64,000 bases of DNA from Balanoglossus misakiensis (taxonomy: Eukaryota > Animalia > Hemichordata): positions 14,864,998 to 14,928,997 of the forward strand of contig CM082578.2 in assembly GCA_040954595.2 (NCBI GenBank), given 5' to 3'. The notes beneath the pieces were generated by a model. That model was not told the origin of the DNA. It searched no databases and saw only the letters and a list, made by a program, of their open reading frames with translations. Of the stretch, positions 28,691 to 42,052 are shown one piece after another; the stretch's first letter is position 1; each line of letters begins with the position of its first letter. Position numbers and translations under genes: made by a program.

Positions 28691-28862
28691 GTGAGTTGCA
28701 TCACTGTATTTAATGGTGATCTTAATTGTGTAAACTCAATGAAACTCACGATGTGCCTGTATGGAACACAAGGAACACCTTTTCATAGAAACCCCTAAAT
28801 ATGAAATATGCAGATTTTCAAAGTATGGATATTTCAAGATGTAATTGTTTTCTGTTTCATAG

Positions 28863-29136
28863 AATGACACAGATACAGGACGATGTAGAGGGCAGCACAG
28901 CTGGTGGTACAGATGCCAAGTCCACTACAAGTAGTGAACAAAGTAATCCAATTGATATCATGCAGATGCTAAGTAAAGCTCAGTCGGATTACCAGAAAGG
29001 AAGTGGTGACTCTTACAAATCCTCCTCTGACACAGGAAGTGTGTCTTCAGCTTCTCTTGGTGCTGAACAAGGAGAAGACAAGGCACAGACTGATATCATG
29101 TCTCTCTTGAGCAAAGCACAGGATGAATACACGAAG
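28863..29136 (+). CDS. DCP1: DCP1 exon 5 (two motif-I/HLM helices)
   Basis: MTQIQDD...DIMQMLSKAQSDYQK...DIMSLLSKAQDEYTK; phases match the neighbouring exons. Confidence 0.88.
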
Positions 29137-29384
29137 GTAAAATATTGGCAGTTGATGCTCTCTGCTGAGTTACAGCAGATATCCACATAATGTGTCTGAT
29201 CACACAAACTAAAGCAGTCTCTTGGTTAGTTTGTGCTTGAACTAATTACGAATAAAATGCTTGTTCTGGAAATGATTGTTATAGCATGATAACTTTTGCT
29301 TTGTGAAGGCAATTTTTCATCTTCACACATAAAGTAAGTAGAATTAATTGTTCTTTTTTCCCTTATGTTTTGTCTACAACCCAG

Positions 29385-29907
29385 GCACAACAGACACCGA
29401 AAAAGGAGGAACCCAAGCACATGACAAAAGCACCACCAGCAAATGCTGTGGTGCCCACAAGTAACATTGTCAAACCAGTACCAGTGAAGGCAAACACCCC
29501 TTCACCCAAGAAGAAAGAGAAACAATCTCAGGACCAACCAGCACAAAGAAAGCAAATGAAACAGAAACAACAACCAGAAGAATATCAGTTCCACTATAAG
29601 GAACCCCAGAACCCATTGCCTCCAGCTCATGTAGAAACTGGGGCCAGAGATGATTATTCTCGCCATGTAGCAGCGGGAGGTGGACTTGAACAAAGTGGCA
29701 TACTGCTGCAGAGATTGATGGCCAATCCTGGCACAACCAGCGTTCAAAGTCTAGAACAGGGAATAATCACCGATGCACAAAAAGCATCTGCAGTCGGCCA
29801 GCCAGATGATGAGAAACTATCGCAGGCTCTACTACAGAAATTACAGGTGGTACAACAGCAAAGGGATTTGGTCTCTCAACCAGTTGCCATCCCCACATCA
29901 GCATCTC

Positions 29908-29959
<52 letters not shown>

Positions 29960-30212
29960 GCAGCAACCTTCTTTGCCACTTTCCCCTGGTAAGTTCCAGG
30001 TGGGAGCTGCTCAACCAAACCCAGTGATTCTACCGGCCCCCACCAACATGATGGGTATACCACAGTCCCCGGGTGGTGTCAGCAAACCCAGCATGCCTCA
30101 GAATGTACAACAACAGCTGTCCTCTGGTAATGCTCTCCTGCAAGGCTTAGCTGGGATGCAAAGTGGCGTAGTCACCAGTCCCAGTCAAGGAAGGCATCAC
30201 ACTGCTTCCCTG
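29385..30212 (+). CDS. DCP1: DCP1 exon 6 (Pro/Gln-rich low-complexity linker)
   Basis: Lies within ORF 29370-30308; cccag acceptor and CTG|GTGAGT donor; phase 0-0. Confidence 0.85.
29907..29966 (+). repeat. Coding (CAA)17(CAG)2CAA polyglutamine tract, 20 Q
   Basis: Read directly. Confidence 0.95.
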
Positions 30213-30336
30213 GTGAGTTACATTACATGTAGTTTCTTGGCTGCGGATAGGAAGTCTCCAAAGGATTTTCAACATGTCACATATGTATCTGTTTTCTATG
30301 TTAAGTAACTCCATTATTAACACCATTCTGTTTCAG

Positions 30337-30642
30337 CCTGGTGGCTCCACTAAGCAAGCAAGCACAGCTCTGCTATCACCTATGGTGTTTCAGTCAACCT
30401 CATCTCAACCAAGACAGCCATCACATCCTAGCAACCAGGCCATTTCCATGTCAACAGCGGCCGCTAGTCTGCCTAGCAACCAGGCTCTGGGAGGGGTGTC
30501 CCACATGTATGGCACAGTTTCACCTCTGAGTAAGATGGCTGCCCAGTCGGTGATCCATCAACAGCAAACACAGCAAGCACATCAGTTTGTTCCTCAGCTC
30601 ACTAAAGAACAACTGAAACAATCTATCATCATGCTTTTGCAG
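30337..30642 (+). CDS. DCP1: DCP1 exon 7 (start of trimerization domain)
   Basis: PGGSTKQASTALLSPMVFQS...LTKEQLKQSIIMLLQ; tttcag acceptor and GTAAGA donor. Confidence 0.88.
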
Positions 30643-30856
30643 GTAAGATTTCAAAGCAAGTCATATTCTGTTTGGAATATTTTAGATTAGTTTACCTCCT
30701 TTTATATGAAACTGTCCCACTATGACTTTATTATGCTGCCAGTTGAATGCAACTGAATACAAACGCCTCTATTGCTTCTAACTTTTGAATCTAATGAATT
30801 TCTTTAGTATCACTTTTAATCTGACATGCAGTTTACATTCTTATTACTCTCTCCAG

Positions 30857-30919
30857 ACCGATGATGAGTTTGTCAACAAAATACATGCAGCTTATTTGAT
30901 GTCTGTGTCCAAGACGTAA
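30857..30919 (+). CDS. DCP1: DCP1 exon 8, terminal (trimerization domain)
   Basis: TDDEFVNKIHAAYLMSVSKT*. The eight exons total 1839 nt (612 aa plus stop) in an unbroken frame. Confidence 0.9.
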   Translation, partial: TDDEFVNKIHAAYLMSVSKT

Positions 30920-31484
30920 TCATGTGTGAATGCAAGATACAAGGGAGAACTTCAACTCTGTGGTTGGTTTATGTGGAGTGTCATCTCACAGCTGTTATCT
31001 CATACTGCGTCAGTGATTCCGTTTTGATGAAGCCTTTCTTTTATCTTTGGCCACTTCCTATAAAATAATCTGAATTCCCAACAGTAAGCCGTGTTTTGAT
31101 AAAGGACATTTTCCCTTTTTGTATTTGATAGATTTGGTCATATTGTCCCAACTATTTGGCTGTAACCATTTTTGATAGAAAATGATCATTGTGGATATAA
31201 TCAGTCATTGATTTAAGATTAGCATACCATTTTCCTTTATTCAGAGTTATTCATCTTCTTGTAAAGTGGTAGCAAGCCAGCTGCAATTTACCTGATTTCT
31301 CCAGTCAAAGGAAAATTAAAGCAGACACGTTTTGAAACTTTTTTCATAAACAGTACTGTGGGATGTTGGGTTAGAGCGCTTAATGTGTGCAATATTGTAT
31401 TTGTAGCTCTCATTTCAGAGACAAAAAGTGGCACATTGATAAAGGACAATTGCAGTACAGCTTGAATAAACTGTCAACAGATTT

Positions 31485-31709
31485 TTAACCCTTTGAATGC
31501 CACATTTATCACTGTCAAAATGTGGTGCAACATTTTTATCATTTTCACACTTTTCCCCCAATTTTTTCCCTTAATTTTAGACCAAGTGGACCTAATTTTC
31601 CATCGTCTACAGGTCTTGATCAAAATTTAGAAAAAAAATATGGTAAAATTTATGAGGTTAATTTTGTGAAAAAATGACGACAAGTTGACTATGGCGTTGA
31701 AAGGGTTAA
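31485..31709. mobile_element. 217-bp piggyBac-like MITE with TTAA TSD, downstream of the DCP1 stop codon
   Basis: TTAA|CCCTTTGAATGCCA ... TGGCGTTGAAAGGG|TTAA, imperfect 14-bp TIRs. Confidence 0.65.
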
Positions 31710-34700
31710 GCTGTCTGTTGTGCACCAAGAGGTGATTAATGTATGGCATCAACTCCAGAGTGTAGTTGTGTAACTTTCCTTCCTATGGTCATATAGGCCA
31801 TAACAGAGAACTAGGATGAACACAAGAGGACAAAGAAAGTGGAACTGGAATGAGAATGGAACCTTGTGGGAACCACTATGTACTGTTTAAAGACACAATA
31901 TGATGTATATCTGGCTTTCAATTTGATGTGGACACTCCCATAGACTTTTAGATGGAACATGTACCTTCCGGGCAGGATGTATCATCAAAGGCAGATTTAC
32001 AACTTTGACCTTTGACTCGCTAGTTGTCTTGTGGGTTACTAACCAACCAACATAGTTGCAAGATTGTGTGTCGTATCCTTAGTGGGATATCAATTCTAGA
32101 AAACATATCTTAATAGAAACCCAATTTCAAATCTTTATTCCTGTAAATTTGCATGTCCTGAAGGGAAGGGAAAATGCCAACATTCTTGTCTGACAAGTGA
32201 AAGTTATGGTGTGTGTGGGCCCAAATTAGTTATTCATATTTCTCTTAACAGACTGTCAGCAGAGGTTACTAACCTTTTCATAGCTGCATTAAAAAAAAAT
32301 TAAAACAAATCTTGTTATGTTGCCATAGTAACAACACAGTTTCTATCTGGGCCAATCAATAAACAAACAATCACTGCCCTACAAATATTTCTCAAATTGC
32401 GTTGTCAAATTATTTCTTGTTAGTTTCATTGAGTGGTTTTTATAAGTGCTTTTTAGTATTAGTTTCTATGATCTTTTTTGATTGAAGGAAGGTGTCTCAA
32501 TTGGCTTTTTCTGTTAAATTATTTTTAATTTGGTTTTTAATTTTGACATTTATTGCAGAGCTCTTCGAGTAGGTATCATTTTGAACAACCTTTAAAATTC
32601 AAACAAGTCCATTATGCATCGAAGGAATCTTCTACTTAAGAAAGGAATTCTTTCTTATTCATGTGTTACTATGGAAATTTAATGAAAACTTTGATATTGT
32701 CCAATGATGTTTATATATATGAAGATTTACAGATTTTATGCAATAAGCAACTTTGTATTACTAGAGGTACACATTAGAGAGTAAAGTTGTTTTAAAACTG
32801 TATTAGTTTCTGCTATCAATGAAGCATGTTTTGAGCAGAAGTAGTATATCCATTTGAATGATACTCGTAATGTTATTGTTAACTTCTGGATTTGTACTGG
32901 AAAAGCAACAACAGAAATCTCCACCATTTGCAAGTGTTATTAGAGTTATTTCCTGTATATTTTTTCCTTCTCTCAGTAATTCCATTAGAATTAGGAATAC
33001 ATATTTGTTTGTAAGTCAAGCGTTTTCAACATGCGTACGTACATGACATGTAATTAATTCTGTTGCAAATAACTGATCTATGGTATGAGGACATTTTCAC
33101 TTTTATTTTCCTGCATACTGGTCCCTGAAACCTACAAAGTTTGTTGAACTGATTATGTTAAATGTTTATGGCACATGTTTATCTCAACAATGGAAATTAC
33201 AGTTGTATATGGTAATTAAATAGTAGCCTGAAAGCCTCCTACTCTATGCAAGTCTTTACACAGGAAACCACAATAAGCCTGCTTTATAGTCACACAACTA
33301 TCCAATATACATGCAATCTCACTGGCCAACATGGCTCTCAGTATCAACAGTAGTATTGTGGAAATTAAGATTTGCTGTGAAAGTAATTCCATTAGAATTT
33401 GTGAAAGATTTGCTGTAAATAACATTGCAAATGCATTGCATTAACTGCTTAGATATGTTATTGTACTATACAAAGAAGATACAAATGCAAGTTGTTTTCA
33501 AGAAATCTTTTAGGAGCCTTTTAATTTATTTGCTTTTAATGATGGCACTGTTTCATATTTTAAAAGTTGTTCAAACTGAAGAAGGTAGTTTTCAAATAAT
33601 GCATACTTTTTAACTTTTCCTATCCAGCTTTTTCATAAGGTTTATTTTACAAATTAATTTATTTTTGTAATAAAAATTCCCCGGTGTTCTTCAGCACCAT
33701 AATGATTGCTGTTGTAGTGTGAATATTTCCAAGTCCATTATCTGCAACTTTTTTACCTTTTGATCCTTTTCATGTTGTTTGCTAGCATACTTTGTTCATA
33801 TCTGACCATGCAAGGAAACTCTATGCAAAATCATACATGAGTCTTAATGCAATTCAATGTACCGGACTCAACATTGACATAATTATGTTGACATTTGTCA
33901 CACGTGCATTGTTAGCCTGCTATATGAATGGACAAGATGTAGTCATTTCATACACCTATCAGCCACTATTTATTATTTTTATACAAGGATATATTCTTCT
34001 AAATCTTCCTATTGTTTGAGAGATGTGAAATTAAAGTAAAGTGCAGCTGGATTCATACATTACACTATTTTGTAAACTTCAGGTATTTGGCAGTTTAGTT
34101 GGTCGTCATGATAGGCCTATTATGTCATGAAGACAGAACGCATAAATTAACTATGTATGAAGCGCAGGCCTCATTAAAAATTGAACCACTTTTCAATGCA
34201 ATACTTTTGAGTTTAGAGTTAGAAATTAATACCTAGGTAAACCAAGCAATCTAAAAGCAAACACCTGAATATGAAAGCGGACGTTGAAAATATACATGGT
34301 CGTACAAGCACTTGTGGCCTGTTATTGTTTCACTAAAATCATGAAACACTATAGTTTCCAGAATTCCTTTTCTATTTCTGAATTTTGCTTGCTTTCGTAT
34401 CCCACTAGTTTAAATTTTTCTTCTTGAAAACCCTCCATGTTTAACATGAATAAATTATCAGCAATACACGACATTTTCCTTCAGCAAGTTGAAATGGACG
34501 AAAACCATCAGGAGTAGTGACGAGGACCGGCACTTCATTTGTTTCAGACTCACTATATTTCAATAACTGCCTCTACTTATTTGTAATGAATTCCTTTCAC
34601 ATATTGCAGGTAATATCATAAATTTGATATGTAGCAGATATCGGGTTGCAGAAGTTTTAATAGCATTGTCATTACTGGCTGCATACCCTCATTATCCGGA

Positions 34701-37700
34701 ATAAGTTAAGCGTTACTATGGGCACATAGGCAAAGCCCAACAGCAACTAGTAGTTTCGCTTAAAAGACCTTTGTTTCCACCCTTCACAAAAGAAACGATA
34801 TACATGCCTTTAGGCCACCTTTATACTTAATATTTTGTAGTACTGCGCAAGTCTAAGCTTACCGGTAGATATTTGTCATAGCAACATTGTTGATGCGTTC
34901 ACTGGGATGACACCTTGGAAACAAAAAGCAATGTCTGGAAAGAAAACATCAATTAGAGGCTTCTGTTTCGGATTGCAGAGCCTGGTGACATTGCGCGCAA
35001 AATGTGCACAACTCTTTTTTGAATGACACGCACGGAATAACACAGCTACCATCAAAACCATCGAATTGTGACATCAAATAACTGGAAAGCGAGGTTACTG
35101 GTGGGATCGCAAACTTCATTTTCCCATGATCCTCACAATAATACAATCAGAATAGAATTCATTCTGATGCAACACTTAGCTTCCAATAAACTTGAGGTGT
35201 ATGTCGGGTGTGTGGTTTTCCGTTTTTCTCTCCAATACTAATGCTGGCCCAAAAAGTTGGACTGGGATGTGAGTTCAAGAAGAGTGACCGTGACGGGTGG
35301 TTCAAAAAATACCGACGGTATAATGGGGGCGACGCCTACAATTGTTGTCTTTGTCTCTCACATATTCAACTCTGTGGTTGTTGTGGATAAAATTTGAGGC
35401 CCTGCATGTCTGGATCGGCTTCTTCCTCCTAGCTCAGATTTGGTTCCTATTTTGGCGGTTCTCTTTCATCAATACCAAGACTTCGAGCCATCGTCTTTTT
35501 AATTGATCTTTCCTTCCAGTTGGAATTACGGGTATCAATGCAACAACAGTTTCAGTTTCTTGGTTTATAAACAGTCGGCACTAAAAAACCAAGGGATTTT
35601 ATATTCACCCCGAATCGCTTTTCTAAAGGCTTGGTCCATACTGTATTATATCAAACTCTATCTTATTCTTCGCCTAACGGCATGGGAAATTTCTAGCGTG
35701 AGCTCGTTTCGACGTGTTTTGGACTGATACAAACCTTGGAGAAACAATAATCCTTATATCAAAAATTCGTGTTCTGCTCGAAGTAATCGCTTTGTTCGGT
35801 TCTGTTGGCGACAAAAGAATGGCAAAGTTTCCCATTCCACAAAACGTCACCGAAAGGGTTGATTTTGGTTTTTCCCACTCAGCCGCTCAGAAGAACTCGC
35901 ATCTGTTGACTCTTGTCGGTTTGTTTTTTAGAGGGATCTCGAGGTCAAGTTCAAATGCCTCGGCATCTATCAGAGAAGACTAACAGCAAACTGTAGATGG
36001 GGCGGTTTGGTTTGTTGAATGTTTGAAGGCGTGTCCATTTGCCCATCACGGATCAGACGAGACGACAGAAAAGTGCTCACATACATATGCCGTACGTCAG
36101 AATTGTTCACGGTCACTTGTTAAGGTGACGCAAGTTTCTCTCTTTCTGTCTGTCTCCTTTCACTGCCAACGAGACTACTTAGTTTTTATTAAGGAAGCCC
36201 TATTTTCCGTTGAATCGACCGGATAATTACACGTCTGACTTCGCCAATTTGGCCCAGTGAAGTTTTGTTCGCAGGTCGGCTGTTGAGAAAAGAACTTCTA
36301 ATCCCCGCCACAAGGGAGAATTAGCCCGTCTTTCTGCCACTCAAGGGGTACATCAGAGCAACAATGTCTCTCGATTTGACCACTTGATCGCGCATGAAAG
36401 GGCGGCTACTGAAAACTATTGTAATGTTTCACGTCTGGTAAACTCCTCTACATTTGCTTCACTGATCAAATATCTTAAACATCTGAAAGGAGTTCACAAT
36501 GGAATATATGTGATAAGACAAGCCGGCATTTAGATGCAACATTGGCGGGACAAAACAGATACCCTTTAGCCGCCCGCATTCTAGAATCGCCAAAACCCAG
36601 GCCGCGGTTCCATTGTGCTGTATTAGAGATTTAAGCGGCAACAAGCCCAACGGTCGGCCATTTTGCTGTTTGTCTCCACGTTGTCTACATCCTATAGATC
36701 CGCCACCTGAAATCGTCGTCCTCATTTCTACAACACGCTCATAAGTGAGCGTGGTGTAGCAGGACACAGCGGCGGGGAGTCTGAAACGTAACCTGGTAAA
36801 GATTTAAACGTGGGCCAATTTGGTAGGTACTCTGGTTTCTTATTTCGGAACCCCATAGCTACAAAAACATCAGTCGTGGTGAAAAAAAAACTCCGATATC
36901 ATGCATCAGTAACGATATCGACCTCTCCTCTCATTTTCCAGGTACCTGACGCGTAGCACTACCCCATTGGATAGGGTCAAAACAGGTGGTTCCTCCTCTT
37001 CAGATTACAGACAACGTTTTGACATCAAGAGCTCACTTGACGTAATGAGTCGAGTTCGCCCGACCAGATATATTCTCAGCGGACTGAAGTGCAGAATAGA
37101 TGCGCATTTTTTTTTCTTCTGTAGAAGACAAGAACGGATGATGTCGTCAAACGAAAAAATAGGTATTTATTTACGTTTTATTCTAGTCTCAAATGGTTCC
37201 GATGATTACTCGCCTTTTATATATTTGTCGTCTCGCTAGAAATCAAAAGTTTTATAGGGGGGTTTGGCCGCGGAATGCCGTCGTACAATTTTATTGGAGC
37301 AATCCCGCACCCGTACGTTCACAAATAACCTGTCTGAATTTAAATTTGGGAAGACCTCGGGAATGGTGGAAAAAATTATCAAACTGAAGCGTCTGGCGCT
37401 TCCATTGTCAAACAGCACACACACAAAACCATTGGTGGTTAATCAAAGTGACAGTCTGTTTGACAAGTTCTGTGCAAGTTATTCTGCCAAAAAGTGTGTC
37501 AAAAGGATGAGCTTAATATGATGTTACATTTTTCTTTCATGATCGACACCTAAGCTGTCATAATTTTGATAAAACATATCAAAACATCATATTTTAGTAA
37601 ATTTACGTCAATGTGAAACCCGTCTGTGTTGTGGGGTTTCCGCCATTTTGAGTTGTTAGAAACACTTCATTCCTGTCTTCTCGTTCGACATTTACTAGTA

Positions 37701-40700
37701 GCGAGAGTGTGTGCAGTCTATATTTCGAAAATCAAAAACAGGAAGATTCTACGACTTGAAGCGAAGCTTTTCTTTAAAGAATGTTCAACAAGCTAGAATC
37801 TAGGGGTGGGTACACATTGTGTGATAGAGAGAAAGCGGGAAAAGGCGAGTGGTGGTGTGGCCGCCATCGATATCTGTGTGTGTCGTTATGTTCTCGCGAG
37901 TGAAACCAAGTTCGGGGATAGCTCTCAAGATGTAATGGTCACTGAAACACGTTTTGCCGACATCTGCAAATCACGGTTACATTTTAAAAGTAATTACAGT
38001 GTAGATTTGAAACTAGAACAGTATAAATTACACCCCGACGATGCCGTAATGCAAACATTTCCATGATCCCAACGGAACTAACTTCAAAACACGCCATTGT
38101 CCTTCATCGGAAATATCACCAAATATCGTGATATTGTAGTTCGATTTGTCCGCGCTATACAAGCTCAGCGTTCGGATTTCACTCATCAAGTTTAAATCGG
38201 ATGATATACTTCTCTAGTTTTCCTCAAAGTTGGGCAAACAGTCCGTGTTCACAAAGGCGACTGAAAATGAATACTATAAAACTGTTTTTTTTTATGTCTG
38301 AATATTAGTGACGTGGAGTTAAGACAGTGATTGTAAATTAAGGCAGAATCCACCGTTCAAGCACACATGTACGATCAATATCTTGACAGAGAAACTTTCA
38401 TTAGAAATTTCTTTGGCTTGCCTTGTTTGTGACTTGTGTGTAATGAGAAGAACACCCATTCCAAAAACAAGCAATTTCCAATATGTTAAATTATGAATTT
38501 TATCACATTATCCTCCATGTTGCTGAGAAAACGGCTTCAATTCTGACAATATGGAACCAAGTCTTGCATCACATTGCTCAAAATTCCGAATATCGTCCCT
38601 CACCCTAACCGGCAAAAGAACTATCAGCTGTACTTTATTTGGACAAAGTCAGGGTCAACTCTACTATTCACACGAGGTAATCATCTCATGTATATGATAA
38701 GGAGCCGTTCGATTGGCGGAGTGCTATGGCGGGCGTTTGGATCCGTTTAGTCGCAGACAATGCGATCAATAACCTCGCACGTCCTACCACGATGTGTAGT
38801 GAGGAAAAGTTCTAAAGAAACGGCGAAAGGGAACGGAAAACATCGAAATTGAACAGAAATATTTAGCACTATAAACTAGTCAATGGTTGGTATTATAAGA
38901 ACTACATTTAACGTCTGAACAAAATCATGACGTCGTTGATACGGAGCCTGACACAGGTATTCAAACATCCTAAAAATTGCAACGCCGGCATATTGCAGGA
39001 ACGGACCGGCCACGTTTCATTTCAGCAAAACCAGAAAATGTCCATAAATTTATCAAATAAAGAAACAAATTCCCATCGACAGAAACAAGGTCCATGCAGT
39101 TCTTGGCGATAATTTTCTATAAGGCGCATAACCCTCGGATGCGCGCAACATTTTAACCCTTCAATTTAACCAAAGATGGCGGCTTGTACAACCGACTACA
39201 TGGAGCACACATTCATCCCATGTAACATTCGACTACAAACGAATAGATTCGAGATATATACGACTATATACAATAATTTAAACCTGTGATTTAGTTTCTG
39301 AGAGTCACAGCCGAGGGATGATAACGACAATCCAAGAGCAGAATGCATGTCGGATGTTGGTGTTTGCTAAACGTGAGAATTTGTACCTCATCATTGTACA
39401 TTTAGAGAAATGCAGCTTGGCGCCTTATCTCACCGAAACTCGCGATTGGCAGTCATTCCCAAAGAACAAAAAATTAGAACGAATGGGCTATCTTGATGAT
39501 CAAACTTTACTTTGTATGTCATTCTTTATGCTTCGTTTTTTACTTGGTCACTGAAGAGCGGCTAGTTTCTTTTAGATTTCTCACTTTAACCCCAACTTTC
39601 ACCAAACCTAGCGATAACAATTGAATTTATAACTCGAACCCAGTTGCCCAAGGTGATTTTCGGGATAGTTGACCCCTAAATCTATCGAGGTCATCGCTGT
39701 AATTCTCCGCTGAAGGTCAAAATTTACTAGTGAAAGCGTTGCATAAGGGTTTCTTGAGGCATCCTGATCTATGATGCGGACAGAATTCTAATACTTCAGT
39801 CGTGCTCGTTTGATGACCAACCGTCTATGCGTTAATCCGCATACATCAAAGGGTCGGCTGAGAGCATGGAGATGTATATAATCTATGAAACCATCATGGA
39901 GCGCAACAGTTTCACTTGATAAAATGCATCTCCTCATATTCGCATATATTTGAGTTTGCTCCATCCAAAAATGTCCCGTTCCGCAATTTACATGAAAGGT
40001 TTCAATGGATACGGTCAGAACAAACCCCTGATGGTCGCACCACACGATTGCAAGCTTTCATGCAACTTTCATGAATGTGTCGAATAACGCGGGATAAACC
40101 CCGTGTAACTCTGCAACGACACGGCGCACTTTTCTTTCCATTCTGGCGGCATTCATTTTCCCCAAGTTACCTGAGTGACCTCCGAACAAAAACGCCTTTC
40201 CAACATCTTGTCCAAGAACCGTGTAAGCTTACCCACACAGAGTAAAGATTTGACGCAGAAATAATTGCATTGTCAATCTTCGGTTTGACAATGCAATTGT
40301 CAATGATCCTACATGATACTTCTTTTTTGTGGTCGTACATGTACGTATACGCCCACCGTTCATAAAGACTTCATCTCATTATGTTCGAAAACATAAAGTA
40401 TGACGAGAAAAGCAATCAGGTTTCAAATGCGATTCATGGTCAATGATGGAATAGACGGAAACACCATGGTGATTCTGCAACAACTATTTTTCAATTTTTA
40501 TCAATGAAAATTGACATCCGAACCTAATGGAGTTCTGTCCGCAATCCGACAGACTGAGTCTACAGCATTTACTTTGTGAACCATGGTTTCACATTCCGTG
40601 TTTGTGTGTTAGGCCTATGCCGGATTTCTGTAAACATCAATGGAGATCTCTGCTGTTGTTTTTCGAACTTTACTTTTCAGAACTATCCGATGTAGGAACT

Positions 40701-40897
40701 ACAGACGGCTACTGGCTACTTTCGTGACAGACATTTCAATCCCATGCTGGATTCCGTGGAAGATGTTCCTTTCCTCGTTCGAACTCGTGGCAGACAACAT
40801 GTCTCACTCCAATGTGTTGCGTAGGCGTTGTGCACAGTGATGGATTCGGCAATTCCTGTGCATCTCTCCCACGCATATCGTTGGGGTGAATTTTCAT

Positions 40898-40980
40898 CCA
40901 CCACCACCGCCACCACCACAAGCAAACAACAACAACAACAAAAACAGCAACGACGACGACGAAGATGACGGAGGCGGCGG
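40898..40980 (+). repeat. Compound trinucleotide repeat (CCA)n-(AAC)n-(GAC)n-(GGC)n
   Basis: Read directly. Confidence 0.8.
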
Positions 40981-42052
40981 TAGTTGGCTTGAAACCGACA
41001 TTCTTCATTTTACAGAACTGTCTGGTGGAGGGTCACATTATACAAGTGAAAACAAAGAGATCTTCGAAGTCCATCACTTATACCATGACATGAACACATT
41101 CAGTGGGCAAGCCCCTGGCCCATTGGTTAAAGGAAGCTTTTAGTTATTTTAAGTGCAAGAGCCTGAGAAGTGTAGGGGCGTGTCTGTCACATAAAACGTG
41201 ACTACATGGCACCTTACTAACCACTACCCCTATTAATCACGTTTAATTAGTGAAAAAAACCTCCCCAGAATTCTTACACACAATAATCCAAAGTTGGACA
41301 AGGAGATGAGATGAGACCTCATGATTGCAGGCCTACCCAATGTGCACACACTGTTGCCACAAACAGGTACGACAAACTCCTATGGTTAACCATGTGACCT
41401 AAATATGGAAAAGTAATGAAAGTTTCACTGGTTACCAGCTCCACTTCAGCAGGTGTAGCCTCAATGCTACTGAACCCTTAAATTTTGCCAACCAATCTTC
41501 TATCAAACAATTATTACATCTTTGCTCCATTCATTCCATGAACACACACAGGTCATTCCATAATTAAATCCACACTCAGTAGTTATTTGTCACAAATCCT
41601 TTCTTTTGCAAATGAAGATACCCTTCCATGTGAACAAGAAATGCACAATGCAAAAACTGGATTTGTTTTAAAATTCAGAACATACCGGTACAAATAACTT
41701 TGTGAACGGTGTTAAGATTACAGAAATATGAACAGCAGGTAATTGTAATCCGAGTAAAGCATACAAAACTGAATATTTCATAGTAAACACCCAAGACAAA
41801 TGGACAGCTGACCAAAACAATCAACACTTCTGTGTATAATAACCCTAAACTAAAATAGCAACCCAGTATTCTTAATATATAAACAAAGAATGAATATATT
41901 CTTTAAGTCCAAATAAAATCTGTGTACTGGTGATAAATCACAGATGATATCATGTATGTAATTGCAATCAGATTGAAGAACAACAGAGTATAACAGTATC
42001 TCCAAGACAAATTGACGGTTAAATAAACGTTTCCAAATTATTGCATGCATTC

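Noticed and set aside
35865-35902. Minus-strand MRVLLSG*VGKT resembling a decayed Walker A motif
   Set aside because: The spacing is wrong for GxxxxGKT, it contains a stop, and no downstream NTPase motifs were seen.
40886-41143. ORF with poly-P/N/D/G runs
   Set aside because: Explained by a compound trinucleotide repeat; non-ATG start and no recognisable homology.
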